NCBI GenBank assembly: GCA_963826525.1
Contig: CAWGXH010000004.1
Span: 1,056,001 to 1,120,000 of the forward strand
Direction of reading: 5' to 3'
From: an uncultured Methanomicrobiaceae archaeon
Lineage (GTDB): Archaea > Halobacteriota > Methanomicrobia > Methanomicrobiales > Methanoculleaceae
DNA: 64,000 nucleotides
Shown in pieces: positions 10,137 to 19,042 of the stretch. The translations under genes were made by a program, and so were the position numbers. The stretch's first letter is position 1, and each line of letters opens with the position of its first letter. The notes below the pieces were generated by a model, which saw nothing but the letters and a program-made list of their open reading frames with translations, did no database searches and had not been told where the DNA came from.

Positions 10137-11448
10137 ATGCATATCGCGATCGTCTCACCCGACCTCTACACCTACGGCGCCATGCTGATCGGCGGCGTTC
10201 TGCGGGCTGCCGGGCACGACGTCTCCATCAGCAGAGAGACGAGGCTCCCGCCCGCCGACGTCCTCCTGCTCAGCCTCTACTCGACGCAGCACCTCCGCAG
10301 CCCCGCGATCCGCACCCTCGTCCGGGAGCAGCGGGCCCGCGGCGGTGTCGTGTACGTCGGCGGCCCGGTCTCGGCGTACCCGGAGATGGTGCTCGGGGAG
10401 CTCGAGCCCGATGCGGTCGTGGTCGGCGAGGGTGAGGAGACGGTGCTCCGCCTCGTCGATGCCGGTCCCTCTGCCGATCTTCCCGGGATAGCCTACCGGG
10501 ACGGTGACGGGGTGAGGGTGACCGCCCTGGCGGCGCCTGCCTCGCTCGAACGCCCCCTCCCCCTCATTCCGGCCGATATCGGCGGCCAGAGCATCAGGGG
10601 GGCGACCGCCTATATCGAGACGCACCGGGGCTGCATCGGGGGCTGCACCTTCTGCCAGGTCCCCCGTTTCTTCGGGCGGACGGTCCGGAGCCGGAGTATC
10701 GACGCGATCATCGAGGAAGTGACGGCGTTCAAGGAGCGGGGAGCAAAACGCCTCTCCATCAGCGGGGGGACGGGCTCCCTCTACGGCTCCCGGGACGGCG
10801 GTATGAACCCCGATGCCTTCATCGAGCTCCTCCGCCGGATGGCGGAGGTGATGGGGCCGCAGAATATCTCGTCGCCCGACATCCGGGTGGACTGCATCAC
10901 GGACGAGGTCCTCGAGGCGATCCGCCGCTACACCATCGGCTGGGTCTTCTTCGGGCTCGAGTCGGGGAGCGACCGCGTGCTCAAGCTGATGGGAAAAGGG
11001 GCGAAGGTCCGGCAGGTGGAGGATGCGGTTGACCGCATGCCGCCGGCACGGGCTGAAGGTGGCAGGGAGTTTCATCGTCGGCTACCCCGGCGAGACGGAG
11101 AAGGACTACGAAAAGACGAAAGACCTCGTCGCGTCGCTCTGCCTTGACGATATCTTCGTGAGCAGCGCCGAACCCATCCCGTCGACACCGCTCGCCGAGG
11201 TGGTCTTACGGACACCCCGCGAGGAGAACCCGGCGTTCATCTCGCATACCGGGGACTACCGGTCGCTGAACCTGACCGAGAGCGAGGCGCGCTGCTTCGA
11301 CCTGATGATGCACGCGGATATGTTCCGCCCCCAGATGCGGCTTGTCACGGACGAGGTTTTCACTGTCTACCTGACCGAGGCGCGGACGCAGGGTGCGGAT
11401 ATCCGGGCAGCCACCGATCTCCTCTTCCGCTACTACGGGCGGAAGTAG
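10137..11448 (+). CDS. B12-binding/radical SAM protein, probable methyl-coenzyme M reductase glutamine C-methyltransferase (MJ0865/TIGR04014-like); one frameshift near 11035
   Basis: SPxxYTYGAMLIGG N-terminus, VYVGGP/VVGEGE cobalamin domain, ETHRGCIGGCTFCQVP radical SAM motif, FGLESGS. Confidence 0.72.
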
Positions 11449-11452
11449 GGCG

Positions 11453-12063
11453 TCACTCCTCTTTTCGGCAGAGCACCACCCGCGCCGGCGATCCGTCGAG
11501 CCCCGTCGAGCGGGAGCGGGAGGGCGATAAGCTCGTATTCGCCCTCCGGGACGCCCGAGAGGTCGAGCATCTCGATGATGAAACAGGAGTTTCCGAGGAG
11601 CTCTCTATGCACCGAACCGTCGCAGCGGAGCGCCTCGATCGACGGGCCGTCGATCCCGACGCAGAGAAGCCGCTTCCCGGACGAGGAGCCGTGCGGCCTC
11701 GATCCCGAGGTGCGGGAAGTCGGGGTCGAAGCGCTCCGCTGCCGAGAACGAGGTCTTTATGAGGAGGCGCCGGATGCCGCCGATCTCCCCGGCGAGGCGG
11801 TCTGCCGGTATCTCGCCCTCGATATCGCCGAGGTCGACCACCCGGCAGGGGCCGATGAGGTGATCGAGCGGTATCTGGTCGACGGTCATCCCGGTCTTCT
11901 GGTAGTGGATCGGCGCATCGATATGCGTCCCCGCGTGGGTGGAGACGAGCACGTCGGCGATGAGGTAGAGCTCCCGCTCTTCCCGCCGAAACTCCGTCCT
12001 CGTCACGCCGGGGATCGCGAGCATCTCGGGTGAGATCGGCCGGGTCACGTCGATGATCTGCAT
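11453..12063 (-). CDS. Cyclase / kynurenine formamidase family protein (frameshifted)
   Basis: THAGTHIDAP motif; C-terminal GLDGSPARVV. Confidence 0.82.
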
Positions 12064-12303
12064 GAGGATTTCTATCGTTCCGGGAGGTTATCGGTCTGCC
12101 TCTTTGCAGTGGAGTAAACCGCGGCCGTGTGCGGTTTCCGGTATCGAACCGTTTAGATAATCTCCGGTGCTGGAATATCACGTTTCTGCAGAGTTATCGC
12201 TCCGCCGGGAGGGGGTCTCCCCCTCCGACCCCTCCCCCCGATGCGATGGCCCGGAGATTGGCCATGCCGACGTTCTGAATCGATTGTCTCATTCCTGACA
12301 TTT

Positions 12304-13411
12304 TCAGGACGTATTCGCAGGGACGGTCAGACGAAGAGGCGCGTCTGCACCGATCCGCCGTCCCCGAAGGTGACGTAGGGTTCTGCCGCCCGGCCCCTGA
12401 TGCCTGCCGCCTTCAGGTCGTGGAGGCTGGAGATCCGTCGCTTCGCCCGGCGTGCGATGATCTTCTCCAGCAGCGGCCGGCCCGATCCCCGGCACCCGGA
12501 GGAGGTCGGATCGCGGGGCGGTGTTGACGTTCACTGCCGGGCGATCGGCGGCGAGGAGCACCTTCGGGTCGGCGTTCCGGAAGAATCCCTGCTCGTCTAT
12601 GACCGATGCGAGTTCTTCGGCGGCGAGGCCGTACTCCCGCAGGAGAAAGTCCGCCTGGTACCATCGGTGTGCCCGCCAGGTCGGAGTGTCGGGGTGGCCT
12701 TCGAGCGGGGTTCCGGTGAGCGGCCGGAACGCGGAGTAGTAGATCCGGGTCGGGCGGACGGTGCGGTACTGCTCGCGGACACACCGGAGTATCTCGGCAT
12801 CGGTCTCGTCCGCCGCCCCGATCACGAGCTGGGTGGTGTGCCGGTCCGGCATGGCATCGGCCACCCATGCCTGCCGCTTTCGGATATCGTTTCTGTAGTC
12901 TTTCACCCCGCTGACGGAGAAAAGGCGGTCCTGCGAGGGAACCTCAATGTTGATGCTGATCCGGTTCGCGACAAGGGCGGCATCGCGTATATCGGAGCGG
13001 TGTGCGCCCGGCAGCACCTTCAGGTGGAGGTAACCCTCGTAGCCCCGGCGCCTGAGAATCTCGCCGGTCTCGACGATATCGTGCATCGCGAGGTCGACAT
13101 CCTGCGGGATCCCGGAGCTGACGAAGAGCCCGCCTGCCATGCCCTCGTGGTAGAGGGAGAGGAATGTTTCGGCAAGTTCCTCGGGGGTGAACGCAAAGCG
13201 GTTCCGGGCCAGCCGGACGGCACAGTAGGCACAGTCGTAGCTGCAGCTCCCGTGCATCAGGTACTTTCAGCATCTTCCCGCAGCCTCCGGCACGCGGACT
13301 GTAGGAGATGCACGGGGCTCTCGTCAGGTACTGCATGCACTCGCCCGGGGAACAGACGTCGTAGCTGCTCCCTGAGGTGAGAGTCCGCAGTTTCTCTTCC
13401 GCGAGCGACAT
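12304..13411 (-). CDS. Radical SAM protein with helix-hairpin-helix (putative DNA modification/repair family), frameshifted
   Basis: CSYDCAYC, GYLHLK, INIE, YYSAF, YQADFLLREYG and VNVNTA...LLRVPGIG (HhH). Confidence 0.8.
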
Positions 13412-13580
13412 CACAGGTGGTTCTGCACCGGATATGATAAGCACGCTCTGTGGGGGGTGAAAGTGGCGTCCCTGCCGAAAACTTCTTTGGCGACCCCTTT
13501 TGACAATCTGTGACTTTATAAAAGGAATCAATTCATATTATATATCGTTGGCGATAGAATAATGTCCCGAGGAGGAACCT

Positions 13581-14897
13581 ATGGTTATTTTTTCCGAAAA
13601 TCAACAGGCTATTGCCAATAGGATCGATGCCGATACCGCAATCGACCGGTGGAAGGACTGGCGGTGGCAGGTACGGCACGCCATCACCGATATCCCCACG
13701 TTCGAGCGGCTGCTCGGCATCGCATTCCCCGAGGAGGAGCGTGAACTCCTCGAAGAGACCATCCGGAAGTTCCCCCTTCGGATTACTCCCTACTACCTCT
13801 CCCTGATCGATGCGAACGACTACTGGAACGACCCCATCTTCCTGCAGTGCTTCCCGCAGCCGGCGGAGCTGCAGATTGAGGCCTGCGATATGGAAGATCC
13901 GCTTGCGGAAGATTCGGATAGTCCGGTTCCTACCATCACGCACCGCTATCCCGACCGGGTGCTCTTCCTGGTCAGCAACGTCTGCGCCATGTACTGCCGG
14001 CACTGCACCCGGAAACGCCGGGTCGGCGACGTCGACTCCATCCCGGGCGAGGCCGAGATCCTGGCCGGGATCGCGTACATCCGGGAGAATACTGCCATCC
14101 GCGACGTGCTCCTCTCGGGCGGCGATCCCTTCATGCTCTCCGACGAGTACCTCGACTGGATCCTCACCGAACTAGCGGACATCCCGCACGTCGAGGTGGT
14201 ACGGATCGGTACCCGCACGCCGGTCGTCCTCCCCTACCGGATCACCGAGAAGTTCACGGCGATGCTCAAAAAGCACCACCCGCTCTGGGTGAACACGCAC
14301 TTCAATCACCCTGCCGAGATCACCGCATCGTCGCGTGAAGCGCTCCGCCGGCTCGCCGACGCCGGTATCCCGCTCGGGAATCAGACCGTTCTGCTCGCCG
14401 GGGTGAACGACTGCCCGCGTATCATGAAGACGCTCATGCACAAGCTCGTCCAGAACCGCGTTCGGCCGTACTACCTCTACCAGTGCGACCTCTCCGAGGG
14501 GCTGGCCCACTTCAGAACGCCCGTCTCGAAAGGGATCGAGATCATCGAGAATCTCATCGGGCATACGAGCGGGTTTGCCGTGCCGACGTACGTCATCGAC
14601 GCACCGGGCGGCGGCGGGAAGATCCCGGTGATGCCGAACTACCTCATCTCCTGGTCGACGAATAAGGTCGTCCTGCGGAACTACGAAGGCGTGATCACGA
14701 CCTATAAAGAGCCTGACTCCTACGAAGCGGTGTACTGCGACCGGCAGTGCGACACCTGCCGCCTCCACCTGAAACTCGACGATGCGGACGAGTCCAAAGC
14801 GGTCGGGATCGCACGGCTCCTCTCGAACGACGAGTCCATCTCACTCGTACCCGAGAACAACGAACGGCTTGAGCGGCGACATGGCACCGAGAGCTGA
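13581..14897 (+). CDS. ablA: Lysine 2,3-aminomutase
   Basis: [27 protein letters not shown] and [10 protein letters not shown] (PLP lysine); adjacent to ablB. Confidence 0.93.
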   Translation: MVIFSENQQAIANRIDADTAIDRWKDWRWQVRHAITDIPTFERLLGIAFPEEERELLEETIRKFPLRITPYYLSLIDANDYWNDPIFLQCFPQPAELQIEACDMEDPLAEDSDSPVPTITHRYPDRVLFLVSNVCAMYCRHCTRKRRVGDVDSIPGEAEILAGIAYIRENTAIRDVLLSGGDPFMLSDEYLDWILTELADIPHVEVVRIGTRTPVVLPYRITEKFTAMLKKHHPLWVNTHFNHPAEITASSREALRRLADAGIPLGNQTVLLAGVNDCPRIMKTLMHKLVQNRVRPYYLYQCDLSEGLAHFRTPVSKGIEIIENLIGHTSGFAVPTYVIDAPGGGGKIPVMPNYLISWSTNKVVLRNYEGVITTYKEPDSYEAVYCDRQCDTCRLHLKLDDADESKAVGIARLLSNDESISLVPENNERLERRHGTES

Positions 14898-15721
14898 TAC
14901 GGTTACGACGATCGGCAGCAGCGTCGTTCAGCACGGGCACCTGAACGATCGCATCTACCTGATGCACCTTGCACCCGAAGATCTCTCCGGAGATCCTCGA
15001 TACCCTCGACGATCTTGCTTGGAAGGAGGGCTACTCCAAGATCTTCGCAAAAGTGCCGGCAACGGTGCGCGACCTCTTCCTCGTCCGGGGGTACGTCGGC
15101 GAGGCCCGCATCCCCCGGTTCTTCCGCGGGCGGACGGATGGCTGGTTCATGGCGAAGTACTTCGACCCTGCCCGGGGCGAAGCGGCGACGGTGCACGGCG
15201 ACGTACTCGCCGCCGCAGAGGAGCGGGCGGGCGACGGCTCGCCGTGCCCGCTCGCCCCGGGCTTTTCCTGCTCTCCCGCTACGCCCGCCGACGCCCCCGC
15301 GATTGCCGCGCTCTACCGGGAGGTCTTCGAGACGTATCCGTTCCCCATCCACGACCCCGGCTACATCGCCCGGACGATGGAGGGGGACTATCGGTACTAC
15401 TGGATCCGGGCTGACGGGCGGATCGTGGCGGTATCGTCGATTGAGCTGGACCGGGACGCTCTCGCCGTCGAGATGAGCGACTTCGCGACGCACCCCGACT
15501 ACCGGGGATGCGGGCTTGCCGGTGCACTCCTCGGGCTGATGGAACGGGATATACAGAAGGAGGGGATGCAGACGGCGTTCACCATCGCCCGTGCCGCATC
15601 CCACCCCGTCAATATCACCTTCGCCCGGGCGGGGTATGCCTACGGGGGCACGCTCGTCAACAACACCCAGATATGCGGCTCGTTCGAGAGCATGAATGTC
15701 TGGTACAAGCCGCTTTTGTGA
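14881..15721 (+). CDS. ablB: Beta-lysine N6-acetyltransferase (frameshift near 14985)
   Basis: [59 protein letters not shown]. Confidence 0.88.
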
Positions 15722-15727
15722 ACGCGA

Positions 15728-16387
15728 TCATGGCTGCCGGTCGGCCGAAGCGATCTCCCTTATGAACGTGAGGGCTGCGACGGCATCCTCGCGTTTCCGG
15801 TCGACCGCATGCTCGTCGGCGAAAGCCAGGAACCGTGCCGCCGCCTCGGAACCGATCTCCGGTTCGGCGGCATCGGCCAGGGCCTGATACGTCCGTTCGG
15901 GGAAGTAGAGGGCACGGCCTTTTTCGAGGAGCACCCGGGCGGCATCGGCGTCCACCACGCCGCACTCGACCGCACGCTGGAGGGTCGCCCGGATATTGAC
16001 CAGCGGTTCGGAGAGCGGCGTATACGACTCCGGGTCGAAGATGAGCGCCACCTCGTCGTCTGCGACGAGCCGCCCGTCCCGGTACGCCCGGTAGACCTCC
16101 CCGACGCCCTCCATCCCGAGGGTGTCGAGCTCCGCGGCCCGCAGCGCTCCCATGCTGGACGCCCCGATAACCCGCACGCCCGCCCGGAGTGCCGCGAGGA
16201 CCTCCCGGTGGGCGACGGCGCAGTCCTGGAAGAAGACCCCGTCGATGAGGCCGATGATCCGGGCGCCGGCATCGACAGCCGCCGGGATATCCCCTCGTCT
16301 CGCGGGAGGGAGATAGACGGCGTCCAGGATCTCCCGGGCGCTTGCCTTATCGAGACTCGGACCGAGGAAGACGACTACGTCGTGCAT
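15728..16387 (-). CDS. tfuA: TfuA-related McrA glycine thioamidation protein
   Basis: VVFLGPSL, PPARRGD, IDGVF, GASSMGALRAAEL and DDEVAL motifs; overlaps ycaO. Confidence 0.92.
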   Translation of the reverse strand: MHDVVVFLGPSLDKASAREILDAVYLPPARRGDIPAAVDAGARIIGLIDGVFFQDCAVAHREVLAALRAGVRVIGASSMGALRAAELDTLGMEGVGEVYRAYRDGRLVADDEVALIFDPESYTPLSEPLVNIRATLQRAVECGVVDADAARVLLEKGRALYFPERTYQALADAAEPEIGSEAAARFLAFADEHAVDRKREDAVAALTFIREIASADRQP

Positions 16388-17564
16388 CGCGGCACCTCGC
16401 TCCCACCCGCTCCTGATCCATGGCAGAGACCTCGAGCCCCGGCACGATGACGCGGACGACCGGGATACCGATCTCCGGGCGGGTCAGGTCGACCGCTATC
16501 ACCCGGTCGAGCCCGGCCTTTTCGAGCATCCCGACCGTGTGGGTGATGTCGGTCAGGAAGTCGTCGCTGTCGAAGGACGGAATGGCGGCGATATCGCGCC
16601 CCTCCGCCTCCGCGAACCAGTGCCGGTTTAAGCGCTTGGTCCGTTCGTAGCCGAGCTGCTTGCGCACATCCGCTGTATCGGTATCCTCCCGTGCCCCGTG
16701 GATCTGGGTCAGCCTGCTCTGCGCAACCTCGGTGAGTGCCCGGAGCGCCGCAATCTCGGCGTTTGTGTGCGATCCCATGCCGATGGTCAGGAGCGTCGGG
16801 TCCTTGAGCAGTACGTCGTCGGCGACGGCGGCGAAGGTGGGGATGCCGATATCGCTCGTTATGTCCTTGATCCGCACATCGACACTTGCCGCCGCAAACT
16901 TCTCGAGGAGCTCGGCGGGAAGTCCGTCGGCGATGCCGGTCACCTCGGGCCCGGTCGCCCGGAGGGTCTCGACGATCGACCAGGCGTCGCGTTCGACCAC
17001 CTCCATCAGGGCGTGGAAGATCGCCTCTTCGAGGGTATTGCCGGACGCAAGGCCGTTAGTGTTCGTCCGAAAGAGCCTTCCGGCGGCGGCCGGGAGCGGG
17101 TGGAAGACCGCGTGTGCCGGAACCAGAACCTCTTCCTCCCGGGCGATGTCGTATCCGGTGACCCAGGGGAGCGGCTGATCGGCCGGTGCACGGGCGGGCA
17201 GGATGAGGTCGGCGGGGTCGAGGACAGTCTCCTTTCCGGCAAGGTCGGCGTACCTGGCGGTGATGAGCGGTGTCTCGCCGCATTCGGCGGAGTAGCGTTC
17301 TATCCCTTCCATCATCGCCGAGACCTCCGCCTCGACGGGCGTCGCTCCTTTGCCGTTGTAGACCGATATTGCACCCTCCCCGGCGGTCGGCCGGATGCCG
17401 GAGAAGACCGGGATGCCGATACGGTCGAGGTTCGTGATATCGGCGATGCGGGTTATCCCGGCGGCCGGGAGTCTCGCCCGCACCCGGTCCCGGGTCTCTT
17501 CGGGGGGAACCGCCCGCTGGGTCTCTTTCGCGTACGCCTTTCTGCAGGACTGCAGCCGGATCAC
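16347..17564 (-). CDS. ycaO: YcaO-related McrA glycine thioamidation protein
   Basis: GITRIADITNLDRIGIPV, NGKG, MEGIER, NGLASGN, EVVERDA, QSR...GARED, PVVRVIVPGLE. Confidence 0.93.
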   Translation of the reverse strand: MIRLQSCRKAYAKETQRAVPPEETRDRVRARLPAAGITRIADITNLDRIGIPVFSGIRPTAGEGAISVYNGKGATPVEAEVSAMMEGIERYSAECGETPLITARYADLAGKETVLDPADLILPARAPADQPLPWVTGYDIAREEEVLVPAHAVFHPLPAAAGRLFRTNTNGLASGNTLEEAIFHALMEVVERDAWSIVETLRATGPEVTGIADGLPAELLEKFAAASVDVRIKDITSDIGIPTFAAVADDVLLKDPTLLTIGMGSHTNAEIAALRALTEVAQSRLTQIHGAREDTDTADVRKQLGYERTKRLNRHWFAEAEGRDIAAIPSFDSDDFLTDITHTVGMLEKAGLDRVIAVDLTRPEIGIPVVRVIVPGLEVSAMDQERVGARCRDARRSRLPRSESR

Positions 17565-17995
17565 GCGTCACCCTCCGGATGCTCTCCCGGCACCCAGCGT
17601 TCGCCGCCGGGACCAATCTCCTTCTTCCAGATCGGCACGCTCTCCTTGATCCGCTCAAGGACGTACTCGCAGGCATCGAAGGCCTCCTTCCGGTGCCCTG
17701 CACCGACGATGATGAGCAGGATGTTCTCGCCGACGCGGAGCGAACCGATGCGGTGGATGATATCCACCGATTCGACCGGGTACTTCTCCATCGCCTCGTC
17801 CCGGATCGCGGTCAGCTCCTCCACGGCGACCTCTTCGTACGCTTCGAGTTCCATCCGTTCGATGCCGTCGTCCCTGACGACGCCGAGGAACGTGACGAGT
17901 CCGCCCATGCTCGAACGCTTCGCCCTGTCGATCATTTCGCCGGCATCAAAGTCGTCTCTCGTTATGCTGATCATCAGACTCCTCCGCTCCGTCAC
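17561..17995 (-). CDS. moaE: Molybdopterin synthase catalytic subunit
   Basis: GGLVTFLGVVR, IHRIG, HRKEAFDAC and K-x-x-VPIWKKE motifs. Confidence 0.9.
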   Translation of the reverse strand: MTERRSLMISITRDDFDAGEMIDRAKRSSMGGLVTFLGVVRDDGIERMELEAYEEVAVEELTAIRDEAMEKYPVESVDIIHRIGSLRVGENILLIIVGAGHRKEAFDACEYVLERIKESVPIWKKEIGPGGERWVPGEHPEGDA

Positions 17996-18270
17996 CCGCC
18001 CGCGACCGGCGGGAAGAGTGCGATCTCGTCTCCTTCGGTAAGAGCGAGTGTGTCGATCTCTGTTTTGCGGACTCGTTTTCCGTTCCGCATCAGGATGACG
18101 TGCCCCTTCAGCTCCCCGCTCTCCTCGAAGAGGGCGGCACGGCCCATCTCCGATACACCGCCGATGACGGTGAGCAGCCTCTTCATCGTAGCACCATCGG
18201 GAATCTCCACCAGACGTTCTCCTCCGAGCGTCTCCCGCAGTTGTGCGAATGCCCTGACCTTCACCTGCAT
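17992..18270 (-). CDS. moaD: MoaD/ThiS ubiquitin-like sulfur carrier (SAMP-like)
   Basis: VKVRAFAQLRE start; ends GDEIALFPPVAGG (diglycine). Confidence 0.9.
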   Translation of the reverse strand: MQVKVRAFAQLRETLGGERLVEIPDGATMKRLLTVIGGVSEMGRAALFEESGELKGHVILMRNGKRVRKTEIDTLALTEGDEIALFPPVAGG

Positions 18271-18371
18271 AGCCTTCTCCTCATATCCTCCGGCCGTCTC
18301 ACGTCTTCCTACCGGTCATGCATCAGGGTCTCGATCTGGAGGAACCCCGGAAGAGCTCGGTTCGCAATTGT

Positions 18372-18395
18372 GAACACACTTCTTATGTAGTGTTC
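18372..18395. promoter_or_regulatory. Possible operator, inverted repeat GAACAC-N12-GTGTTC
   Basis: Perfect 6-bp inverted repeat in the AT-rich gap between divergent moaD and the HTH gene. Confidence 0.3.
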
Positions 18396-18420
18396 GGACA
18401 AATTTTAACATTGTGATATC

Positions 18421-18744
18421 ATGAAGTTGCCCTGCCAGGCGATCGTGTGGGACCTGCTCCCGGCAATCCGGGCGGCCCTCGCAGAAGAGCTTGTCCGGTG
18501 CGGGGCTTCACAGACCGAGGCGGCACGCCGCCTCGATATGGCTCCTTCGGCGATCTCGCAGTACCGATCCAAGAAGCGGGGATACCGGATCGTCCTTGAA
18601 GGAGAGGCGATGAAGTCGGTTCGCCGTCTGGCGAAGGACCTCTTCGAGGACAGAGTGGACGATCTCGCTCCCAGGATCTGTGCCGTCTGCCGCGAGCTGC
18701 GGGCGGAGTCGGATCTCTGCAGATCCTGCGACGGCATGGACTGA
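18421..18744 (+). CDS. HTH transcriptional regulator (COG2522-like)
   Basis: MKLPCQ...LPAIR, SQTEAARRLDMAPSAISQY...KRG; C-terminal CxxC. Confidence 0.82.
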   Translation: MKLPCQAIVWDLLPAIRAALAEELVRCGASQTEAARRLDMAPSAISQYRSKKRGYRIVLEGEAMKSVRRLAKDLFEDRVDDLAPRICAVCRELRAESDLCRSCDGMD

Positions 18745-19042
18745 TCGCACGATCTTTCTTTTATCACCTCCTCTCTGCATCTCCCCGCAGGTCGAACGGC
18801 CCCGGGTGCTATCAGGCTACAACAGCAGGCCTTGGATGTTCCGCATCGAAGGCGGGAGCGTCCTGGCCTACGCTGACGCTGATTGGGGGATATCCGGAGC
18901 AGGGAGCGGAGATGGCAGAAAACCGGAGATGCTTTGCCGGGACCGGACGCTGGATCCGCGAGAAGTGAGGGGCGGATGTCATTTCAATACTATTAATACA
19001 TTTCATATCTGACTAAAACGATATCTGAGACTTTTTCGGATT

